Positions 48,786-60,814 of a stretch of DNA of 64,000 bases are shown here, one piece after another. The stretch covers positions 22,196,001 through 22,260,000 of the forward strand of contig NC_086118.1 of assembly GCF_963921235.1 (NCBI RefSeq), given 5' to 3'. The translations under genes were made by a program, and so were the position numbers. The notes under the pieces are model-generated. The model had not been told where the DNA came from and searched no databases. It saw nothing but the letters and a program-made list of their open reading frames with translations. The first letter of the stretch is position 1; the number at the start of each line of letters is the position of its first letter. Origin of the DNA: Mobula hypostoma. Lineage: Eukaryota.

Positions 48786-48946
48786 CAGCTGAAGTCAGAA
48801 GTTTACATACACCTGAAAAACTGACAAAGCCTGTGAGAGCAAGGAGGCCGACAAACCTGACTCAGTTACACCAGTTCTGTCTGGAGGAATGAAACAAAAT
48901 TCCAGCAACTTACTGTGAGAAGCTTGTGGAAGGCTACCCAAAACGT
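48786..48946 (+). mobile_element. Sleeping Beauty/Tdr1-like Tc1 remnant (left TIR tip fused to transposase C-terminus)
   Basis: TA followed by cagctgaagtcagaagtttacatacac (SB end: cagttgaagtcggaagtttacatacac); then VRARRPTNLTQLHQFCLEE*NKIPATYCEKLVEGYPKR. Confidence 0.85.
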
Positions 48947-49172
48947 CCAGAAATAGGGGTCACAGTTTGAGGATAAAGGGGAAGCCTTTTAGGACCGAGA
49001 TTAGGAAAAACTTCTTCACACAGAGAGTGGTGAATCTGTGGAATTCTCTGCCACAGGAAACAGTTGAGGCCAGTTCATTGGCTATATTTAAGAGGGAGTT
49101 AGATATGGCCCTTGTGGCTAAAGGGATCAAGGGGTATGGGGGGAAGGCTGGTGCAGGGTTCTGAGTTGTATG
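48947..49172 (+). mobile_element. CR1 3' end fragment
   Basis: RGHSLRIKGKPFRTEIRKNFFTQRVVNLWNSLPQETVEASSLAIFKRELD. Confidence 0.9.
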
Positions 49173-49362
49173 ATCCGGAGATTCTCGATTGCGCAGTAGC
49201 AGCGGCAGCGAAGCAGGCATTTCAGAAGTTTCTCCAGATGTTCCTCTGTGCTTCTCACGTCTGTCTCCATCAAATCAGGATTGTGCACGGCCCCTACTTA
49301 ACAAATACAATATCATTTCAGAGCGACCGTGCAGGCTGTGTCGCGCCGCCATCTTCTCCTCC
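49173..49362 (-). repeat. 5' part of the AAGATGGC-headed non-coding retroposon
   Basis: Aligns with 22817-23005 and 61895-62090. Confidence 0.8.
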
Positions 49363-49466
49363 CCTCTTGGCCATAGGCCAATTGCAGTGGATCCAGGTAC
49401 TTGCTGAGGCAGGAGTTGATTCTAGCAATGACCACCCTCTCAAAGCACTTCATCACGGTAGGTGTA

Positions 49467-50795
49467 CAGTGCCTATAAGAAGTATTCACACCCCCCCCCG
49501 GAAGATTTCATGTTTTATTGTTTTACTACATGGGATCACAGTGGATTTAATTTGGCTTTTTTTTACACTGATCAACAGAAAGACTCCTTTGTGCCAAAGT
49601 GAAAACAGATCTCTACAAAGTGATCTAAATTCATTACAAATATAAGACACAAAATAATTGATTGCATAAGTATTCACCCCCTTTAATATTACACACCAAA
49701 TCATCACTGGTGCAGCCAATTGGATTAGAAGTAAAATACACCTGTATCTGCAAGATCCAACTGCTGGTGAATCAGCACCCTGGCAAAAACTACACCATGA
49801 AGACAAAGGAACACTCCAAGCAACTCTGAGAAAAAGTTATTGAAAAGCACAAGTCAGGAGATGGATACAAGAAAGTTTCCAAGTCACTGAATATCCCTTG
49901 GATATAGTTAAGTCAATCATTAAGAAATTTAAAAATATGGCACAGCTGTAAGTCTGCCTAGAGCAAGAAAGTGTGAGGGAGGTCACCAAGGGACCTATGA
50001 CAGCTTTGGAGGAACTAGGAGTTTCAGTGGCTGAGATGGGAGAGAATGCACATAGAACAACTGTTGCCCGGGTGCTTTACCAGGCACAACTTTATGGGAG
50101 TGTGGCAAGGTGAAAGCCACTCTTGAAAAAAACTCACATGGAATCACGGCTGAGGTTTACCAGAAGGCACGTGGGAGACTCTGACATCAGCTGGAAGAAG
50201 GTTCTATGGTCTGATGAAACCAAAATTGAGCTTTTTGGCCATCAGACTAAACACTTTGCGACTTGGGAGGCAATTTGTTCCTAGCAAGACAATGATCCCA
50301 AGCATAAAGCCAAAGCTACACAGGAATGGCCTAAAAACAACAAAGGTAATGTCCTGGAGTGGCCAAGTCAGAGTTCAGACCTCAATCCAATTGAGAATTT
50401 GTAGCTGGATTTGAAAAGGGCTGTTCACGCATGATCCCCATGCAACCTGACAGAGCTTGAGTAGTTTTGTAAAGAAGAATGAGGAAAATTGCACTGTCCA
50501 GATGTGCAAAGCTGATAGAGATCTGTTCACACAGACTCAAAGCTGTAATTGCTGCCGAAGGTGCATCTACAAAGTACTAACTTGAAGAGGGTGAGTCATT
50601 ATGCAATTAATTATTTTGTGTTTAGTAATTGTAATAAATTTAGACCAATTTGTAGAAATTTGTTTTCACTTTGACATGAAAGGGTCTTTTCTGTTGATCA
50701 GTGTAAAAAAAACAAACTGAATCCACTGTGATTCAATGTTGTAAAACAATAAAATATGAAAACTTAGGAGGCGTGAATACTTTTTATAGGCACTG
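49467..50795 (+). mobile_element. Tc1-family transposon with long (~220 bp) TIRs and a decayed, internally deleted transposase (49797-50580)
   Basis: TIRs cagtgcctataaRaagtattcac / gtgaatactttttataggcactg; TA on the left; MKTKEHSKQL..., [44 protein letters not shown]. It interrupts a minus-strand Rex1 fragment that resumes at ~50797. Confidence 0.92.
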
Positions 50796-51201
50796 AAAGT
50801 GCAACTGGGTGATAGTCACTGAGGCAGCTCACCCTGCTTTTCTTGAGTACTGGTATGATTATTGCACTTTTGAAGCAGGTGGGGATCTCTGATTGCAGCA
50901 GTGAGAAACGGAAGTTGCCCTTGAACACTCCCTCCTGTTCGTTAATAAGATTCAAAATACTCTTACTATCGAAGTATGTATGCAGTATACAACCCTGAGA
51001 ATCATCCTCCCACAGAGGGCCACGAAACAAAGAAAACCATGGAACCTGTTCAAAGAAAAACATCAACTCCCCCACCCCACATGCAAAAGAAAACAAATCG
51101 TGCAAATGGCAGCAAAAAAAAAATGGGCCAAAAACACAATATATAATACAGAGCCCGGGCATATTCTGTTCGTCACCTGATTCAAAAATCACCCAAGTTA
51201 G

Positions 51202-51451
51202 GAAAAGGAAAGGTACGTCACATCTGGAGTTTCTCCGGTTAGCGGACGATCTCCCTCCACGCCTCTCTGACGTAGTGGGGAACCGCGTACGAGGCAAGTT
51301 ACAGCAATGGTCTACTATTGCCTTCTGCCAGGTGAGTTTCCAAAGAGATCACCAGCTCGTAACCCAGCATGCAGGGGAGCCGGCTGGATTTGAACTCGGG
51401 ACCTTTCATCCCGAAGTCCGGCACTGATGCCATTACGCCACCAGCTGGGTC
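51202..51451 (-). mobile_element. tRNA-headed SINE with RTE-type body and tail
   Basis: Minus strand has A box TGGCGTAATGG, B box GAGTTCAAATCC, RTE-like GAAGGCAATAGTAGACCATTGC and tail ACCTTTCCTTTTCC; TSD cacccaagWtag at 51190-51201 and 51452-51463. Confidence 0.8.
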
Positions 51452-54400
51452 CACCCAAGATAGCAACAAAAAAACCCAGTTAATAACCATTCCTGAATCT
51501 GGTGGTGTGGGTCCTGGGGCTCCAGCACCTCCTTCCTGATGGCAGCAAAAGAAGAGAGCATGGCTTTGATGGTGGGGGTCCTTAGTTATGGCGCTTATTC
51601 CTGCAACAGTGCTTATTGTAGATGTGCTCAATGATGGGGAGGGCTTTACCCATGATGGATTGGGGCATATCCACTACCTTTTGTTGGCTACTACGTATTT
51701 CTACTTTTTTACTTCACTAGCCTTTTAGTGAGCACAGCTGCTGTGTAAGGTGTCAGCCATTTAAGACATTCTGCGGAGGAATTTCTACTGTCAGAGGGTA
51801 GTGAATTTTTAGAATTCTCTACCCCAATTACTGAGTAATTGGGTTGCAGATAGGCAGGTGTTTGGACTATAGGAGAGCAAGGAGTAATGAGGAAAAGACA
51901 GGTCCGCGGGGTCTATTCATTCTCCTATTTAATGTTCTTGTACAAAATGTGGAATTTCTTGACAGGAAATCTTCAGAACTTCCTTTCCATTTCAGCATTT
52001 GTGCATTTGTTATATTTTGTAATTTGTTCAGGTATGGTGTCTGATCATCAAATAGTCTTTTGTCCTTTACTGGAAAAATTACTGGAATAATAATTAGCAT
52101 TCTGGAAAGCAGCTGCACCTCAGATATGAAGAGGAAACTAGAAATAAGAAACACTGACAATGATGATTTTTGAAGCACTAGAGGGAAGCAGCCATAATCA
52201 TATTGTTTGAGAATGCTGAAGGAATTTCATCTCTGTCTTCTCCTCCTTCCTGATATCTTTAATTTTTTTCGAATATTCAACAGTACATTGCAGTTTTGAT
52301 TAGGATGTGAAAACCTTTCTTCTCACTTCTCCCTTAGTGACTTAGGTTACATTCAAACCAAGGAATATCATTTTTTTTTTACTCTAGACCTTTTCAAAAC
52401 TTCTCACAAGCAGATCCTTCCTTGGAAATATTATGATTTTCTTTAGCCTTTAGTAAGTAAAGCTTTGTATCCTCAGTATCATTGTAATTAATCTTTCTTA
52501 AATTTCTCCAGGGCTTCAATTTTTCTAAAGTTAAATGGCCACACTTGGACCGAGTTTTCTTCTGCGCCTTCAGTAAACCAATCCACTTCCACACAATGGG
52601 CCACCCATTGGAAAGCCAAGCTTTTTGTACGATTTCACAAACTTGTTCTTATTTTCCGTTGGAACTCTCCTAGGTTTCTTAGGATTTTTATATCTCTTAG
52701 GTGTTTTTTCTCTATATTTAGATTCTAATTTTATCTTTAACCTTCCTACTAACATTTATCATTGTATGTTTCTCCATATAGTTGATTAACCATTTTCAGT
52801 AACAGTGACAATATTATGGCTAGATTTTTGTTAAAAAGTTATCTAGTTTCCCACAAGTCCTTCAAAACTTTGATCTACACGTGGCTTCAGTGTCACAGGT
52901 GTGACTGACTGGTAACTGCCACTTTAGCTTAGGAACAATTAGGAATGGATATGTCCAATATTATATGAATATCGGGTATCTACCTATAGACTTGGATATG
53001 TCCTCATGAAATCGTTTACCATATTGTATTTATTATTATCATATTCAAACTTTTATCAGCTGTTCCTTACTTCCAAAATCAAGTTCTTTCCATAAACTCG
53101 AAACAATGATTCAAACATTCATAAATATCCAATTTTTTTGCTTTTTCTAGTGATATGTGTGACTGATTATTAAATGAATGTTTCTGAGAATCTGATAAGA
53201 ACACTGATTTAGTTAAGTTAAAAGTAAATTTAGTACATATATGTTACCGAATATTATCCTGAGATTCATTTTCTTGAGGCCATTTGCAGGAAATAGAAAG
53301 AAACATAATAGAATCAATAAAACAGCGCACATTACAGAGATGGACAAGCAACCAATATGTAAAAGACAACAAACAGTGAAAATACCAAAAGAAAAGGAAA
53401 AAAGTAGTAATATTAAATACCTTTTATAGGCACTATCATCTACTATGATGAAGTGCTTTGAGAGGTTGGTCTTGGCTAGAATCAACTCCTGCCTAAGCAA
53501 GGGCCAGGACCCGCAGCAGTTTGCCTGCGGCCACAATAGGTGAACAGCAGATGCAATCTCACTGGCTCCCCACTCTGCCTTGGACAAATAATAACAATAT
53601 TGTAGAGTCCTTAAAAATGAGTCCATAGATTCTGGAATCAGTTCAGTGTTGGGATGTGAATTAAAGTAGATCATGAAGTGCAGAAATATTCCGTAAATTC
53701 TCATATGTATATTTGAATATGTACAGCTTTTCAGGTACTAGAGATTGATCCTCGGTGTTTCAGCTTCAGGATTCAACATTGTTGATGTTAATGATATTGT
53801 TGCCACCTTTTCAGAAACTGGAGTAGGCACAGAGTGAGGTTGAAGTTCATGTGAAGTCGCAGAATTGTCATGTTTTAAATAGCATTTGTATCTTGAACAT
53901 AGTGGGATCCCAAGTTGCTTACCATTAATGAAATGCAAAAAAAAAGAGAGAATACCTGTAGATGGAAAAGAATAAAACAAAATCAATATAGTACAGATAA
54001 TGGTAATTTTTTAAAAATCAGAAATTGTTGAAAACATTTAGTATTGTCAAGGAATATTTATAGAAAAAGAAACTGTAGCTATTTCAGATTGATCTCTCAT
54101 CATCAGAATTCAAATGGTTTGGGGATCAAACAGAAATCCATGTTTCTGTTTCATATTCTGGAATGTGATGCTAATTCTAGAATAAATAATTTTATGTAAT
54201 AATACGTAGTACATTATCCAATTGAGGAAATCAAAATGTTTTGCAAAAAATAAGAAACATTTTCTCAGACTTCTAGTTAATGAAGAAGGAATGATGCTCA
54301 ACAGTAATCTTGTGAAGTATGAAAAAAACTCTTAAAAATGTTTAACTTAATAACGTTTTGGATTTTGATCATGGAATGGAGAATGTCACTTCACACAGAT

Positions 54401-56464
54401 GCAATCTGTCTTTTTGATCTGAGGGATTGTTCAATGGTAATTATATCTTGGCTCACCATGAAAAGCTAGTTATGTCTCACCACCTTGGTATTTTTAAAAC
54501 AAGAATACTAAGTAAAATGTGAATTTCTCATTAAATGGTGGATTGCTAGAAGGCTGGACCTTCACTGAGTGTAACAACCTCCCTGTTAGAAGAGCAGGGG
54601 ATTTCTGACAACAGTTTTTGATATTCTTCATTGAGCAGTGCATGTGCAGGAGGCGGGTGTTGTCGGTTTTACAGAGTAAAAGGAGCAAAACACTGAGAGT
54701 ATTGTTGTCATGGCAGCAAAACTATTCTAGCATATTTATTTATTTATATGAATATAAAATGCACAGAGTGTTCAAATATTATTAGGCCTTGCTTAATTGA
54801 AAACCTTGTCAACAAAATTTCACATATGCCACAAATTTATATTTTTATTATAAGGAAACTCCAAACATAATTTATATGGAATGTTGACTCTCAGAAAGCA
54901 TGTATGATATTTTACGACATTCCTGTCAATTCAGTTTGACATTATTTGATGTGTTTTGATTATTTGTGATTTTGATATCATCATTCACTTTACCACAAAC
55001 CTCCAGAGGTCAATACCATGTCACTGCTGATGAAATGACGTGTCCAATCACAGCCTTTTGAAGAGCTCAGCTCTAAGGTCAGAGGTAAACATAAACTAGT
55101 CTCCTGAGATCATTAGCAGAACTGCAGCAAGACATTATTCCACACCTGCTGCTCGCTCTCCTGAAGCACTCTGGGATTGCCAACACTCTCTCCCTTTCAG
55201 TGTCAAGATCAAGCTCCGTGACATTTAGCCTGCACTGAATTTACAGCATATCTTCAATTACTGATTGCCAAGCTAAAGTTTCCTTCTAATTAAACCAATT
55301 GGAAATGTATCACATTCTTTTTTAGCTTTACAAAGACTCAAAGTGCACTTTCTCAATGTCTGTCCTGAAGGAAAAATTCTTCATTTAATGAAAACGACAG
55401 GCGTGTGGATATAAGGTGTTAACTGCTGATAATCTCATTTGCTGCTAGTCGATTTTGTTTCAATTACTTCGCTTATTAGCAGAACCATAAAAAGACACAC
55501 TGTGTAAACTTTACAAAAACATGAAGAAAATAAATTAATTCAGAATCAAAATATAGAATGGCATTGAATATTCATTAGCTTTCTGTCACTTTAGGACTCC
55601 ACAAATTTTCAATATGCTTCGTTCTTTCACATCAGCGAAAAGTAAGATGTTAATATTATCTTTTTCCTTTATGCCTGCAGGTCAGTTCAAGCACCTTTAA
55701 AATTAGCAACAGGGTTTCTGTAAAGTAAATAAAAGCACTATTGCTCACAGAGTAAAGAACCCTGCTGCTGGAACATTTTACCCATTGAACTTTAGTTGAG
55801 AATAGATCACGCCAAATCTTATTGATATGCCATTGAAGAGAAATGTGCTGTATACAGCTACTTTAAATCAATTTTCTGCAATAATAAAAGCTGTGCTATT
55901 ACAGGCTTGTTGCAAGATGTAATGATGCTTCTCATGAAATGTTACTCTAATGTAGGAAGCCTTACTTTGACAAATCTTGCTGTGCTTATGACAGACAGGT
56001 TACGAGATTATTGGAGAAAATCTGATACATTGACGCTTCTGGGTAAACAACAACTATGCTCTTAGACCAAAAACTCAGTGGCCTCGATATTTAATTGAAT
56101 AACACCATATATTTTGCTGAACATGACCTTTTCCCTGACCGATTTGTGATGTTGACCATTTCCCGGGGATTATCATTCACTCTGAAAATTCAACCGGGTT
56201 CTTTCTGAAGTTGCATCTTTCCCTTTAGCCAGTAGTACTGGGAAATTAGACCACCTCATTCTAACTGTTGTTCACTCCTGGATTAGTTGTAGTTTTATTG
56301 TGTTCCAGTGGTCCACTACACCAACTCATTAATTGTTACTGTAATGTAGGAAGCTTTACTTTGGCAAAACTTGCTATCCTTATGACAGAGAGGTTGTGAA
56401 ATTATTGGAGAAAATCTCACACGCTGACACTTCCGGCTAAGAAACAAGTTACTCACAACTATGT

Positions 56465-57265
56465 GGAGCTGTGGATAGTATAGAAGGTTGCTGTAGGTTA
56501 CAATGGGATATTGACAGGATGCAGAGCTGGGCTAAGAAGAGGCAGATGGAGTTCAACCCGGAGAAGTGAGGTGATTCACTTTAAAGGCAGAATAGAGGGT
56601 TAATGGCATGATTCTTAACAATATGGAGGAAAAGAGGGATCTTGGGTTCCAAATTCATATATCCCTCAAAGTTGCAGCATAAATTGATAGGTTTGTTAAG
56701 AAAACGTATGCTATGTTGGCCTTTATTAGTCAGGGGACTGAGTTCAAGAGCTGTAAGGTAGTGTTGCAGCTCTATTAAACTCTGGTTAGACCCACACTTG
56801 GAATATTTGTGCTCAGTTCTGGTCACCTCAGTACAGCAAGGATGTAGAAGCTTTAGAGAGGATGCTGAGGAGATTTACCAGGATGCTGCCTGTTTTAGAG
56901 TGCATATTTTATAAGGATAGGTTGAGTGAGCTAGGGATTTTCTCTTTGGAGTGAAGGAGGATGAGAGGTGACTTGATAGTGGTGTACAAGATGACAAGAG
57001 ACAGATCGGATGACTAGCCAGATACTTTATCCCCGGGTAGAAATGGCTTATACAAGGAGGTATCATTTTAGGGTGATTGGAGAAAGTAAGGGGGGGAATG
57101 TCAGAGGCAAGTGTTTTATACAGAGAGTGATGGATGTGTGGAACATCCTGCAGGGTGTTGGTAGAAGAAGATACTCTAAATAGCCGTGAAGGGTTAGATT
57201 GATCTTACAGCAGTTTAAAAGGTCAGTATGACATTGTGGGCCAAAGGGCCTTTACTATGCTGTCG
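56465..57265 (+). mobile_element. Degraded CR1 LINE 3' third
   Basis: LQWDIDRMQSWAKKRQMEFN.EK; LVRPHLEY; GIFSLE.RRMRGDLI.VYK; gggccaaagggcct tail. Confidence 0.85.
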
Positions 57266-59995
57266 GGTTCTGTTTTCCACCTCTCAGAAAAAAACAAGTG
57301 CATCTACAAGATTTTGGATGATGACATTGCCATGTTTGAATCAGGTATATAAGGCGGGAAATGTGGACATGTTCAATGCAAACTGGCCCAGTTCCTTCAA
57401 TTTGTTTTAATTATAAGCCTCCCAACTTCTTGTCAGCTTTCATGAAAGGCTTCTGTATTTTAATACAATGGAAATGTGTAATTCAAGCACATCACAACTG
57501 ATTAAAAGTTAATTTAATTTCCCTTTTAATGACAGTTGCAATATTTTTGGACACATCATTATAGAAAAAAATATTTCCCTAAATATTTTTCATCCTGAAA
57601 ATAAAATTGAATTGCCAGGCCATAGTCAGTATAGCCATAATACATTGGTTGTTCTAGCATATAGATGTTTGAGTTTTTTTTAAAGGATATACAATGGAAC
57701 ATTGTAAATGGAGTGGTAGTGGTAGCAAGTGTGGATGTGGAATGAGACGGTTACAGGATTCCACGTATATGGCAGTCTTTTGGGGATTTATAGAATTAAA
57801 CCATATTTGTACTAGCCTGTTTCCCTCTAACTCTGAGATCAACCCAAGGGTATTACAACCTCACAAGAAGATTTTTTAAAATAATATTTTGCATGTCTCA
57901 TATATCTTATGCACTGAGACCACTGGTATGACACAGGTCTGTAGTACAGCAAAATTTAGAAAATTAAACCTGTAGATTCATTGCCCTGAAAATGGACCTT
58001 AGGTGCTGACTGCTGAGTATAGCATTATGGTTAAACAATCACAAAAATAATTGCAAAATTTCAACTTCCTTACTTTAATGGATTGTTGTCTGCTTCCATT
58101 TTTATGGCTGATTTATTGGAAATAAAAAGATGCAGATTGATCAAATTTTTAGGCATGTGTTTTGAACTCCATTTTCATCACTGTCCCTGGAAATGCTTTT
58201 GAATGTCCTTGTCATTTGGAACAGTTAATCATTTCGTAGATACTTGTTTAAGAAAACACCGTTCCTGAGCAAGATGATTTTCAACTGTGTAAACCAACCT
58301 GGTATCCCAAGCATAAGAATATTGGGAAGTGGTGATCTTTGCTACTGGTGAATAAAGCGTCACATAGCTTTGCATCCCTGGGGAAGTACTTGGATGGTTC
58401 AATGACCTGACTTTAATTAGAGTTCCATTGCGTTAATACCATCAGATTACATTATGCAAATAGCCATAAGGCTTGGTGAATCAAATTAATTTAATAATTG
58501 CTGTCCCTGATATTTTTCATTTTGTGAACCTTTGGTTTCAGTCAGGCTGTCAAGCAGCAACAACATAAGGGCAAGCTAATATTTTTTTCCTTTTTCCATA
58601 AGTCCTCTAGTCTATTAAAGGATCAGTAATAACAGTCAGTGGAGAGGGGTGTTCCTCCTGGCAGATGTGAGACATCGGGGAGCAGTTAGTGTCTCCAGCC
58701 ACAGTTCTTTTCAGATTGCATTGACCACAGATCAAGCAGAATCTGCAGAAAGACATGGAAAATTGATGGTCTGGGTTGAGACCCTTCACCTGGACTCCTG
58801 CATCCTCCTGCAGTTTGCCAGCATGTGCAGTCTTCATGTCTCTGACTGTTAACCTTATTTGAGAGGGGAATAGCCACGGGAGACTCCTGCACTATCTATC
58901 CTGACAGTCACCTGATTGAAACTTCGGTGTGACCACCTCCCTGAAATCCACAACACTCTCTGCCTTTTGTATACTCCTCAGTGATTTCAACTGGCATCTC
59001 AACTGATCCATGCGATGTGAGAGAAGCACTACTTCCTGCAAACCTAGTTTATAATGTCAGGACAAGACTAACACAGTAAGTAGTAGAAGCCGAAGGTTTT
59101 ATAAGGATGGGCTGCGAACGGGGCCTTCTCCATTGAAGCACAGAGGTCTGAAGGGTAAACGTGTAGAAATTCATAAAATGATCAGGGTGAATGGCCACAG
59201 AATTTTATTCCCAGAGCAGGGGAATTGAAAACTAGAAGGCATTGGTTTTCAGTGAGAACTGAAAGAATTAAAAGGGACGAGGGGCAATGTTTTCACACAG
59301 AGAGTGGTGGGTATATAGAGTTCAAATTTCAAAGTAAATGCAATATCAGAGTACGTACGTCATTACAAACTACCCTGAGATTCATTTTCTTGTGGGCATT
59401 CAAAGCAGCGCAAAGAAATACAACAGAATGAATGAAAAACTACTGACAAAGTCTGACAATCAATGTGCAAAAGAGAACTGCAAATACAAAAAAAAATCAG
59501 ATAATAATAACTCAATTAGATAACCACAATGTGCTTATAGAAGAGCAAAAAGGATGTAAAGAACATCTGGTAATAGATTCTGTAATTCTAAATCAAGCCG
59601 GGAGGAAAAGCAGAAATCTTTCATGCTAACTACCAAAAAGCATTTCATTCTGTCCCACACTCGTGATTAATAGAAGTTCTTAATATATATGAAATGCACC
59701 CAATACTTTGTGAAATTCCAACATCTGATTAAGTATTGGCATGCAATAATCAACCTATCTATTAACAATCAGAAAAGAACAACCACCACTATCAAAATAA
59801 ACTGAAGTATTTTTCCAGGTGATTCTCCAAGCCTACAATGCTCTCTAATTTATTGAATTGGACAAAAATAAAGCATTAAATCAGTAACAACCAAATGAAT
59901 TATACCTTGACATGCCTTTTATAGATAGATGATATGAAATTATATGCTTCTTCATCAGTAAAGCTGAAGCAATTAATTCAAAAAGGCCATAAGAA

Positions 59996-60665
59996 GTGTG
60001 GACATGGTGGAGGATTACAAATACCTGGAGATACGAATTGACAATAAACTGGACTGGTCAAAGAACACTAAGGCTGTCTACAAGAAGGGTCAGAGCCGTC
60101 TCTATTTCCTGAGGAGACTGAGGTCCTTTAACATCTGTCGGACGATGCTGAGGATGTTCTACGAGTCTGTGGTGGCCAGTGCTATCATATTTGCTGTTGT
60201 GTGTTGGGGCCGCAGGCTGAGGATAGCAGACACCAACAGAATCAACAAACTCATTTGTAAGGCCAGTGATGTTGTGGGGATGGAACTGGACTCTCTGACG
60301 GTGGTGTCTGAAAAGAGGATGCTGTCCAAGTTGCATGCCATCTTCGACAATGTCTCCCATCCACTACATAATGTACTGGGTGGGCACAGGAGTACATTCA
60401 GCTAAAGACTCATTCCACCAAGATGCAACACTGAGTGTCATAGGATGTCATTCCTACCTGTGGCCATCAAACTTTACAACTCCTCTCTTGGAGGGTCAGA
60501 CACCCTGAGCCAATAGGCTGGTCCTGGACTTATTTCCTGGCATAGTTTACATATTACTATTTAATTATTTATGGTTTTATTACTATTTAATTATTTATGG
60601 TGCAACTGTAATGAAAACCAATTTCCCTCAGGATCAATAAGGTATGACTAATGACTATGACTACT
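59996..60665 (+). mobile_element. Young Rex1/Babar LINE 3' end
   Basis: YKYL.IRIDNKLDWSKNTKAVYKKGQSRLYFLRRLRSF...FYESVVASAI.FAVVCWG; (ATGACT)n tail. Confidence 0.9.
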
Positions 60666-60814
60666 ACGACACCTTACTTTATAACAGTGTAGAAATCACT
60701 ACCATGCATTCTTTTTAAAATATCTATAGAAGAATTTGGGTACTATTAGATATTAAAATAGTAATGTGGCCCTTATAATTGATGCAAATCTGTATTCATG
60801 TTGCAAAATTTGGA

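Noticed and set aside
51375-51451. tRNA gene
   Set aside because: It is the head of a TSD-flanked SINE with a LINE-type tail.
53416-53434. aataccttttataggcact resembling the Tc1 TIR end
   Set aside because: No partner TIR; ggcact also belongs to the adjacent Rex1 fragment (VALTS motif).
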